This document shows, one piece after another, positions 10,965 through 19,463 of a DNA stretch of 62,687 nucleotides. Each line of letters opens with the position of its first letter. The first letter of the stretch is position 1. The position numbers were made by a program, and so were the translations under genes. The DNA lies in the NCBI GenBank assembly GCA_964452865.1, contig CAYVNJ010000001.1, forward strand, positions 1-62,687. The letters are read 5' to 3'. This DNA is from an uncultured Sangeribacter sp. (GTDB lineage: Bacteria > Bacteroidota > Bacteroidia > Bacteroidales > Muribaculaceae). The notes below the pieces were generated by a model, which made no database searches, had not been told where the DNA came from, and saw only the letters and a program-made list of their open reading frames with translations.

Positions 10965-13900
10965 ATGAATTCAGAACATATTGAAAAAGAAAAGAAGCTT
11001 ACAATTTCGTCTTTTTTCTCCTACTACAGGAAGAAACGTCCCGAGAAATTTTCAGATACAGTTGAAAATTATGAGATTCCGTTGACTAAGGAACTGTTTG
11101 AGATGCAGATGGAACGACTCAGTACAAAAAAGATGCAGGGCGCTTTTGAAAATTTTATCGTATCCGTAGTCAAACGACAAATTACCCCTAACATCAAGCC
11201 TCAGACAGGTCCGGACGGTGGTGGTGACGGAAAAGTTGACGCAGAAACATATCAAGTTTCGGATGATATTGCTGATAAGTGGTACTCATGCGAGGATACG
11301 GCAAAGGGTGAAAAACGGTGGGCTTTTGCGATAAGCTGCATGAAGAAATGGAAGTCCAAGGTTGAGTCGGATGTTGCAAAGATTGCAGGCACAAACAGAG
11401 GCTACAGTCGTGTGCTTTTCTTCTCTAATCAGTTCATAAAAGCCAGTACTCGTTTAGATGTCGAGAAAGACCTATCGGAAAAATATGGCATTAAAGTGGA
11501 TATCTTTGATGGTCTGTGGTGTGAAAATGCTGTATTCAACGATGGCTGTATGGGCCTTGCGCTTGAACATCTTGAGTTCTCCGATGAATATAAAAAACGT
11601 CAGGTAATAATAGGACCTAATGATAAAGCGCGCCAGGAGAGATTGGATGTTATAGAGAAAAATATTTTGCGTCACATATCCGGAATTGACACCGAGTATA
11701 TTGATGAACTGCATGAAACGTGTTTATTGAGTAGAGGTCTTGAGCGTCCGCGAACAGAAATAGAAGGACGATTTATGCGCGCCATGCGTGAGTGTGAAGC
11801 ACATGGTACGCCACAACAGATGTTTCTTTTGATTTATGACCATGCATGGACTTGTTTCTTTTGGTTTGAAGATATTGATGCCGCTTACGCAGATTTACAG
11901 AAATTGAAGCCGTATATTGAGACAAACACTACTGTACTACGGTTGGAACGTTATACAACCCTGCTTACAAATTTGATAAATCTTGCATCCGTAGGATTGT
12001 ATGATGTTGAGACAGTTAAGACTGAATGTGATTATATCAAGAAATTTGAGGATAGATTAAAAGCAGATAGCAGTAAGCCCTCTTGTTTGCTTTTCTTACG
12101 TATTTATCTTGCGGAGCGTCGGTTGATAAGCCATATTCAACAGCATCAACCGATTGATGAGGATATAGCTGTTCTTCGCCCTTTGTTGCTCGATTCTACT
12201 TCCCATATTGACATCAGTTTTGAAACTAATTATAAAGTAATAAATATGCTGTCTGAGGTAATCGAGGAAAGTCAAGAGTTTGATGACCTTATTGATGAAA
12301 TGGCAGACATTCTTGCTAAAAAAATGTCACAGGTCAATGCTGCAGATTTGCGTTTCATAAGAGCGGAAGCACAATTGAAGAAAAAGAATTGGAAATCTGT
12401 TGTAAAACAACTCGGCTTTTGTGTATACGCCTATGAACAGGAAGAATATCAGGAAAAATTAATAAAGTCTGCGGGATATATGGGGATTGCCCTCAGACAT
12501 CTTAATCTTCCATATAGTTCGGAAGCTTATTTGCTCAAATGTGCATCCTTTCTCATTAGACAGTTTTACGCGACTGGTATCGTTCCGCATTTGTTAGTTA
12601 CTGTCTTACAAAAACTTTGCGAGTTAGAGGTGATTTTAGGTCGTATTGTAATGTTCTGGAATTGGTATGAACTGCTGCATGTTGTTGCAAATAATGGGCA
12701 ATTCTGTGATGAAGATGTATTTAAGGAAGCTACTCAAATTAATGATGCTGCATGGGCTTGCAGATTATCTGTTACAGACTTACGTGACTCAACTATAGCA
12801 AAGTTGCCAGATATATTCGAGAGATTAGGAATGTATGTTTCTTCAGAATATCTGAAACTTATTATGGGATATTCTGAAGAGGTGGATAAAAAATGCTTGC
12901 CGACTTTACAAAGTATGGTAGAGAATTCGAAGTTACAGAATCAGCCGCTATTTGAACAGCTCCTTGATAAAATAAATATTTCAGCATCAGGACAGGTATA
13001 TCTAAAGACTTCTGTACGCAATCATACTATCTGTGTGTCTTATGAAAATGATTGTGAGATACAGCGATTGGTAGAAATTTTTTTAGCATCTGTGGAATCG
13101 TTCTATGCTACTTTTGAGCATTATGATGTAATGGCTATTGATAATGAAATTAATGTCCGTGTGGTATTATCGACTGAACCTTCGGTCATTGTTCCGTTAT
13201 CAAAAAGTTCCGAATATGAGTTCAGAGTCAATAAGACTGACAATGATGATAAGTATCTGGAATGTATATTGGTATTTATATCAAACATGCTGTTTCGTAA
13301 TTCTGTCACAAAAGATGATATAAATGCCATGTTGGCATCAAGACAAAATGGAGAACGACTTATTGATAGAGTCACTGTACTACAGCATACCAAGTTTGAT
13401 ATGGTCAGCGTATTGGGGAAAACCTTCAAATATAAGTTGGAGGATTGGATGCGTGATACAGATAAACTTTATACTTACAAAGGACAACGTACAGATTTTT
13501 GTGAAAAAATCTATACCAATCATCTACAGTCTGATATGACTACTGTCAAAGTCAATTCAGATATGTCATTGTGGGATTATGCCGGTTGGAGCGGATGTTG
13601 TTTTGTCCATGGTCAATGTGGTTACACACCGCCATGTTTTGGACTGGTTTTCAAAAATTTGGAGATAGGGAAAACAATTGTATCAGAGTGGAAACCTACA
13701 ACTGATGATGGTCGGCCTCGAATACACATCTATATTGTCCGAGGAATAGATGCATACAATCCTACTCACTACCGTGTGTGTATTGCTCCAGCCTTTCCGA
13801 CTGAAATCGAGCCTCATAGGTATATTGCGCAGGTATGTCGGAAGCATACCATGACACCTGCCACCAGTGAAAATCTCGACCGTTTTGAAGAACAATTCCA

Positions 13901-14153
13901 GCGCTACGGTGTGTGCGGGTTAATGGCATTCCAAATATCAGATGATAATGCTGTTGCTCTACCTGAGTCATTCAACGATGCATTTATTTTTTCTGATATT
14001 GAATTTAGGGAAGCTCATCTTATAGGCCTTGACGATGAAGCCCGTATAGCAATTGAGCCGGATGATAATCCTTATATACCTCAAGAGGCTAAAGATACTG
14101 CACCTGTGGTGAAGGTATTGAAGGAACTTCAGAAAGTAGTCAATCGGGGATGA
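10965..14153 (+). CDS. 1062-aa protein: N-terminal PD-(D/E)XK/Mrr-like nuclease, helical TPR-like region, unassigned C-terminal domain; putative anti-phage effector
   Basis: FENF...PQTGPDGGGDGKVDAET...WAFAIS..KKWKSKVESD...VLFFSNQ...VDIFD resembles a restriction-endonuclease fold; AT-richer than neighbours. The ORF is clear, the function is inferred. Confidence 0.6.
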   Translation: MNSEHIEKEKKLTISSFFSYYRKKRPEKFSDTVENYEIPLTKELFEMQMERLSTKKMQGAFENFIVSVVKRQITPNIKPQTGPDGGGDGKVDAETYQVSDDIADKWYSCEDTAKGEKRWAFAISCMKKWKSKVESDVAKIAGTNRGYSRVLFFSNQFIKASTRLDVEKDLSEKYGIKVDIFDGLWCENAVFNDGCMGLALEHLEFSDEYKKRQVIIGPNDKARQERLDVIEKNILRHISGIDTEYIDELHETCLLSRGLERPRTEIEGRFMRAMRECEAHGTPQQMFLLIYDHAWTCFFWFEDIDAAYADLQKLKPYIETNTTVLRLERYTTLLTNLINLASVGLYDVETVKTECDYIKKFEDRLKADSSKPSCLLFLRIYLAERRLISHIQQHQPIDEDIAVLRPLLLDSTSHIDISFETNYKVINMLSEVIEESQEFDDLIDEMADILAKKMSQVNAADLRFIRAEAQLKKKNWKSVVKQLGFCVYAYEQEEYQEKLIKSAGYMGIALRHLNLPYSSEAYLLKCASFLIRQFYATGIVPHLLVTVLQKLCELEVILGRIVMFWNWYELLHVVANNGQFCDEDVFKEATQINDAAWACRLSVTDLRDSTIAKLPDIFERLGMYVSSEYLKLIMGYSEEVDKKCLPTLQSMVENSKLQNQPLFEQLLDKINISASGQVYLKTSVRNHTICVSYENDCEIQRLVEIFLASVESFYATFEHYDVMAIDNEINVRVVLSTEPSVIVPLSKSSEYEFRVNKTDNDDKYLECILVFISNMLFRNSVTKDDINAMLASRQNGERLIDRVTVLQHTKFDMVSVLGKTFKYKLEDWMRDTDKLYTYKGQRTDFCEKIYTNHLQSDMTTVKVNSDMSLWDYAGWSGCCFVHGQCGYTPPCFGLVFKNLEIGKTIVSEWKPTTDDGRPRIHIYIVRGIDAYNPTHYRVCIAPAFPTEIEPHRYIAQVCRKHTMTPATSENLDRFEEQFQRYGVCGLMAFQISDDNAVALPESFNDAFIFSDIEFREAHLIGLDDEARIAIEPDDNPYIPQEAKDTAPVVKVLKELQKVVNRG

Positions 14154-14889
14154 ATGTTGCAGGATTACCCCACTCCCATGTACCTGCGTATACTGCAGAA
14201 AAATTGTACATGGCAATACCGAGGTCTATTAAATCAGCCGGTTTTTCGCTCTGAACAAGTGCGGATATTTTGCCGTCAGCATCCACAGAAATTCTCGCCG
14301 GCCGGCGATTGACCGCTGATGGCGCTACGGCAAAAGCTTGAAGCCCTTTGATAAGTTGGGTGTCAGCAAGCAGACTTTCTCGAATACTATCATCACACAC
14401 CAGAAAATCGGCCGGCTGCATGCGTTTACTATGTATCGCGCTTTTCATTATGCGCGCTATAGGAGAGTCTCCGCGTGACGTGTTTTCATAACCTAATGTG
14501 ATAAGGTATAATACCTTCTCTCCCACTTTTATATTTGTTGCGATATGCGATGCATCGTACGTGCCGCTGACGAAGCATGTACCCAGTCCCAAGGACACAC
14601 ACAGCATCACAAGTTGTTCCCCATAGTATCCCGCTCGCTCAAGTGTATTAGGGAATGAAATGTCGGCGGCTACTACAATATAGTTACGCACATTACGAAA
14701 CGCTCCGTATGAGCGACGGAAGCCACGGAATGGTTCTCCGTCATTCATACAGAGCGTAATGTGCAGTCCTGCTTCATGACTGTTGATGAACGTAATTTCC
14801 GATTTAATCGTACTGACGGTTTTCTCGTCCGGTATACGGTCGGAATAGCTCCGTACGGAGCGGCGTTTACGCAGTTCCTCAACAGTCAT
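14140..14889 (-). CDS. Nitroreductase-family FMN-dependent oxidoreductase
   Basis: RRSVRSY, LGLGTCFV and a second-half APSAVNRRP motif; 8 nt downstream of hutH. Confidence 0.85.
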   Translation of the reverse strand: MTVEELRKRRSVRSYSDRIPDEKTVSTIKSEITFINSHEAGLHITLCMNDGEPFRGFRRSYGAFRNVRNYIVVAADISFPNTLERAGYYGEQLVMLCVSLGLGTCFVSGTYDASHIATNIKVGEKVLYLITLGYENTSRGDSPIARIMKSAIHSKRMQPADFLVCDDSIRESLLADTQLIKGLQAFAVAPSAVNRRPARISVDADGKISALVQSEKPADLIDLGIAMYNFSAVYAGTWEWGNPATFIPD

Positions 14890-14897
14890 GATACAAT

Positions 14898-16406
14898 TTA
14901 ATTTTCAAAGTCGATTTCGTAAGAATCGAGGAAGTCCATGGTGTCCTGGATATAGTCTTTCATAACTACATCTGTTTCTACAAACGGAACTTTCTCGCGA
15001 TAAGCCTTCATCAGTTTCTCGATGATGGGTGAACTCTTCAAAGGACGACGGAAGTCAAGACCCTGAGCTGCATCCATGAGTTCGATAGCAGCGATATATT
15101 TCAGGTTTGAAATAATCTTATGAAGCTTTGTAGCTGCATTGGCTCCCATTGATACGAGGTCTTCCTGGCCGTTTGAGCTGACTATAGAGTCGCAAGATGC
15201 GGGGAATGAATACATTTTGTTTTGGCTAACCATTGATGCAGCCGCATACTGAGGAATCATAAATCCGGAATTCAGACCGGGTTTGGCAACAAGGAATTCA
15301 GGCAGACCTCTTTGTCCGAGAATAAGCTGTGCCGTTCTGCGTTCAGATATATTGCCGAGCTCGTGGAGCGCTACCCCCATGTAATCGAATACAAGAGCAA
15401 GAGGTTCTCCGTGGAAGTTACCACCTGATACTACTAAATCTTCATCAGGGAATACTGTAGGATTGTCTGTCACTGAATTGATTTCCGTGTGCAGAACATC
15501 AGTTACATGACGCATGGCATCTTTCACTGCACCGTGAACCTGAGGAATACAGCGGAAAGAATACGGGTCCTGTACATGTTCTTTGTGACGCTTGATGATT
15601 TCGCTTCCTTCAAGGATTTCACGGAAGCGGCGGCCCGTCTCTATTTGGCCTTTGTGCGGACGAACCTGCTGAATGCAATCGAAGAAGGGTTCAATGCGTC
15701 CGTCGTAAGCCTCAAGCGATATGGCACCAATGAGGTCGAAGCAGTTGACCATGTGCCAGCCGTCGATAAGCGCCTTGATACCGTTGGCACTCATGAACTG
15801 TGTACCATTCAGGAGTGCAAGACCTTCTTTTGATTTCAGTTTGATAGGACGCCAGCCGAAAATATCAAGAATTTCTGAACCTTTGACTCTCTTGTCTTTG
15901 AATATGACTTCGCCTTCGCCGATGAGAGGAAGGAAAAGATTGGCCAAAGGTGCGAGGTCGCCCGAGGCACCAAGTGAGCCCCGGTCGCATACCACAGGGT
16001 AGATGTCGTTATTATAGAAGTCAAGGATGCGTTGCACTGTTATCACCTGTACACCGCTGAAGCCCATTGAAAGAGCATGAGCTTTGAGCAGAAGCATCAG
16101 TTTTACTATTGTCTTGTCAACAGGTGTACCTACGCTGCAAGAGTGGCTTTTAACCAGATTTTCCTGAAGCGTAGAGAGGTCGGCAGGTGAAATGGTACGA
16201 TTGCAGAGAGACCCGAAGCCGGTGGTTACACCATAAACCGGATGCTCTGTATCTTCCATCTTCTTGTCGAGATAGTTGCGGCAGTGTTCAATGCGTTTTT
16301 TAGCCTCTTCCGATAATACGAGTTTGGTATTATCTTTGAGGAGTTTTTCAATCAAGTCATACGTGAGTTGGCTTGAACCGATTTCGTAAGTTTCGAGTTT
16401 TGACAT
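14898..16406 (-). CDS. hutH: Histidine ammonia-lyase
   Basis: YGVTTGFG, MIO-forming GASGDL, QDPYSFRC, GGNFHG. Confidence 0.97.
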   Translation of the reverse strand: MSKLETYEIGSSQLTYDLIEKLLKDNTKLVLSEEAKKRIEHCRNYLDKKMEDTEHPVYGVTTGFGSLCNRTISPADLSTLQENLVKSHSCSVGTPVDKTIVKLMLLLKAHALSMGFSGVQVITVQRILDFYNNDIYPVVCDRGSLGASGDLAPLANLFLPLIGEGEVIFKDKRVKGSEILDIFGWRPIKLKSKEGLALLNGTQFMSANGIKALIDGWHMVNCFDLIGAISLEAYDGRIEPFFDCIQQVRPHKGQIETGRRFREILEGSEIIKRHKEHVQDPYSFRCIPQVHGAVKDAMRHVTDVLHTEINSVTDNPTVFPDEDLVVSGGNFHGEPLALVFDYMGVALHELGNISERRTAQLILGQRGLPEFLVAKPGLNSGFMIPQYAAASMVSQNKMYSFPASCDSIVSSNGQEDLVSMGANAATKLHKIISNLKYIAAIELMDAAQGLDFRRPLKSSPIIEKLMKAYREKVPFVETDVVMKDYIQDTMDFLDSYEIDFEN

Positions 16407-16444
16407 TTCTGTATGGTTGAAATAGATTATTGTTAATTTGTAAA

Positions 16445-17698
16445 TCAGTCGTTTTCGGCAACTATGCGTCCGTGGCTAATGACTGTCTTGACGCAATTCA
16501 TTCCGACATAATATGGCAGCATGCGATAGTTGTCGAAATGTAGTATTATAACGTCACCGCGCTTGCCGGCTTCGAGTGTGCCTGTTTTTTCTGCCTGTCC
16601 TACTGCGGCTGCTCCGTTGATAGTCAGTGCTGTCAGAGTCTCTTCTATGCTCATGTTCATGTAGATGCATGCGAGAGCAATTGTTAAAGGTATAGAACCG
16701 GATAAACAAGAGCCGGGATTCAGGTCAGTTGCAAGAGCAACTGCGCAACCGCGGTCTATAAATTTTCGGGCCGGAGCATACGGTTCTTTAAGCGAGAAAG
16801 CTGTCAACGGCAGAAGGGTAGCTACTACCCCACTCTTCGACATATCTTCTATACCACGGTCGGACACATGTAGCAGGTGGTCGGCTGAAACAGCGCCAAC
16901 CTTGGCGGCAAGTTCAGCACCTCCTAATGTTACAATCTCATCCGCATGCAGTTTGAGCTCATAACCAGCGTCGGCTGCTGCGCGTAGCAGACGTTCCGAA
17001 TCTTCGAGTTCAAAAACATTCTTCTCACAGAATACATCGCAGAAGCGGGCATAATCCTTAGCAAGAGGAAGCATTTCTTTGATGATGTGGTCTATGTAGT
17101 CAGCTGTACGACCCTTGTATTCAGTAGGTATTGCGTGTGCACCAAGGAATGTGGGGACAATCTCAACACTCTGGCCTTCTTTCTTGCGCAATGAGTCTAT
17201 GGCTTTGAGCATCTTTAGCTCGGTTTCTGTATCAAGTCCATAGCCACTTTTTGCTTCAACCGTTGTCACACCCATGTGGCTCATTCTGTTGATGAACCAT
17301 TGTGCGCGTTCTTCAAGCTCTTCTTGTGATAAAGTGCGGGTGGCATTGACTGTCGACTGAATACCGCCTCCACGTTCCATGATAGACATGTAGGTATCGC
17401 CTTTCATTCTCCATTCAAATTCATCCGGACGGAATCCCCCGAATATCAGATGAGTATGAGAGTCGACGAAACCTGGAAGTACCGCACGTCCTCCGGCATC
17501 TATTGTACGGACGTTTTCGTTTTTCAACTCAGCAGGCATCTCTTCCATAGAACCAGCATAGCGGATTATTCCGTCACGTATTGCTATGGCTGCCTTGGAC
17601 ACTGTCTTAATAGCGGCCATGTCGCCACCTTTGCGGGATGTTCTCCCTTCAGGCGTCGACATGGTTGCATTCAGTATATTGATATTATTCTGTTGCAT
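16445..17698 (-). CDS. hutI: Imidazolonepropionase
   Basis: PGFVDSHTH, GGGIQSTV, EAKSGYGL, LHADE, ATDLNPG. Confidence 0.96.
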   Translation of the reverse strand: MQQNNINILNATMSTPEGRTSRKGGDMAAIKTVSKAAIAIRDGIIRYAGSMEEMPAELKNENVRTIDAGGRAVLPGFVDSHTHLIFGGFRPDEFEWRMKGDTYMSIMERGGGIQSTVNATRTLSQEELEERAQWFINRMSHMGVTTVEAKSGYGLDTETELKMLKAIDSLRKKEGQSVEIVPTFLGAHAIPTEYKGRTADYIDHIIKEMLPLAKDYARFCDVFCEKNVFELEDSERLLRAAADAGYELKLHADEIVTLGGAELAAKVGAVSADHLLHVSDRGIEDMSKSGVVATLLPLTAFSLKEPYAPARKFIDRGCAVALATDLNPGSCLSGSIPLTIALACIYMNMSIEETLTALTINGAAAVGQAEKTGTLEAGKRGDVIILHFDNYRMLPYYVGMNCVKTVISHGRIVAEND

Positions 17699-17733
17699 AT
17701 TAATGCTACGTAATTATCATCAACAGAGGAGAT

Positions 17734-19431
17734 TTATTTCTCCATTACGGCATCGACTACTTTCAGCAGTTCAGTTTCGCGGTCGCATGCCTTTTTCGCA
17801 ATTTCTGCAGCTTCTGTTAAAATTTTCTCAGCAGCTTCGCGGTCTTTAAGTCCCGCTGCGTTGATACGTACATTCAGCCATGCACCGAGAACGGCGGAAC
17901 GTGCTGCAAGCATACCTACGCCAGCATCTGTGACAGAGGCTGGGTTACCGGTTTTTGCCATTTGTTCCAAAAGGTCAAATGTCTCATAAGCGGTTTTCAT
18001 CGTCTGGAGCGGAACTTGTGTTGCATAAAGAGTTGCTGCCTCCATAGCTGCTGCGCGAGCAGCTTTTTCTTCAGGAGTGGTTTTGGGCATGTCAAACACA
18101 GCCATGATGCGGTTGAACGCGTCCGTATCTTCATCAACGGCATGGATGAGACGGTCAAGAATTCCACGACCCTTTTCAGCTGCAGTTGAGAATTCCTCCC
18201 AACGGTCATCCCAACCTGCTTTGTGAGCTGACAAGTTGGCAACCATAGTACCGAGAGCCGCTGCAAGAGCGCCCATGTATGCTGCTATAGAGCCACCGCC
18301 GGGAGCTGGTGATTCAGAAGCTGTTTCGTTGGCAAATTCAGTGCACGTAAGGTCAACAAGTTTCTTAGCATCCTTGTTTTCAAGCATATACTCAATAACC
18401 TTCTCTTCGGGTTTGAACTCTTTGAGTTCGTCAAGACCCATTGATTTTACAGCTATCTTTATGATTTCGCTGTCAGGTATACCGAGTGAACGCTGCTGCA
18501 TGCGGAGGTAATGCTTGCCTGCATCAATGAGAGTGCGTTTAGGAATCAGACCTACGATTTCTGTACCTGTCACACGGATACCGCGGGCTGCCGCCGCACG
18601 GTTGACTTCGTCAAATGCCTTGTGGAGCGATGTCTGATTGATGTCGGTAATGTTCATTGACACCTGAGCAATGCCATATTCATCGATAAACCAACCGATA
18701 GCCTTGGTTCCTTTAAGCGTACCGGGGAGCATAATGGTTTTGCCGTCGGCATCCTTCATTGGTTTGCCGTTGGGTTTTCCTCCTTCGCGTTTGGGTCTGC
18801 CCTTTTCACGAACGTCGAATGCAATGGCATTAGCGCGGCGAGTTGATGTAGTATTCAAGTTGAAGTTTACGGCTATAAGAAAATCACGTGCGCCGACTGC
18901 AGTACAGCCTGTACGTGCAACACCTTCATCAAACGGACGGTCGCCGAAGTCAGGACCTTTTCCCTCTTTGCCCATACGTTCAGCCAGACCTTCATATTCG
19001 CCGGCACGGCATACGGCCAGATTACGGCGTTCAGGTGTGAAGGCTGCAGCTTCGTAACAGTAGCAGGGGATATTTAGTTCTTTTGCTGCACGCTCGGCAA
19101 GTTTGCGGGCGAGTTCAGCACATTCTTCAAGCGTGATGTTACTTACGGGAATGAGGGGACAAACATCGGTTGCACCCATACGCGGGTGTGCACCATGATG
19201 TTTGCTCATGTCGATAAGCTCGGCCGCTTTTTTCATACCACGCAGAGCTGCCTCTATGACCTGTTCAGGTTCACCTACGAAAGTGACTACTGTACGGTTG
19301 GTGGCTTCACCCGGGTCTACGTCCAGAATACGTACCTCATCTCCCTTTGCAATCTCTGCTGTAATCGCATCGATTACTCCTTTGTCGCGCCCTTCGCTGA
19401 AATTGGGCACACATTCTATAATTTGTTTCAT
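17734..19431 (-). CDS. ftcD: Fused glutamate formiminotransferase / formiminotetrahydrofolate cyclodeaminase
   Basis: ECVPNFSEGR and HPRMGATDVCP (transferase), then PAPGGGS, DEDTDAF and NVRIN (cyclodeaminase). Confidence 0.95.
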   Translation of the reverse strand: MKQIIECVPNFSEGRDKGVIDAITAEIAKGDEVRILDVDPGEATNRTVVTFVGEPEQVIEAALRGMKKAAELIDMSKHHGAHPRMGATDVCPLIPVSNITLEECAELARKLAERAAKELNIPCYCYEAAAFTPERRNLAVCRAGEYEGLAERMGKEGKGPDFGDRPFDEGVARTGCTAVGARDFLIAVNFNLNTTSTRRANAIAFDVREKGRPKREGGKPNGKPMKDADGKTIMLPGTLKGTKAIGWFIDEYGIAQVSMNITDINQTSLHKAFDEVNRAAAARGIRVTGTEIVGLIPKRTLIDAGKHYLRMQQRSLGIPDSEIIKIAVKSMGLDELKEFKPEEKVIEYMLENKDAKKLVDLTCTEFANETASESPAPGGGSIAAYMGALAAALGTMVANLSAHKAGWDDRWEEFSTAAEKGRGILDRLIHAVDEDTDAFNRIMAVFDMPKTTPEEKAARAAAMEAATLYATQVPLQTMKTAYETFDLLEQMAKTGNPASVTDAGVGMLAARSAVLGAWLNVRINAAGLKDREAAEKILTEAAEIAKKACDRETELLKVVDAVMEK

Positions 19432-19463
19432 GTTATTATCTGATGTGAGCTGTTTTTTAAGTA

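Noticed and set aside
11202-11240. GPDGGGDGKV as a Walker A motif
   Set aside because: Spacing does not fit GxxxxGK[ST] and no Walker B follows; it fits the loop before a nuclease catalytic Asp better.
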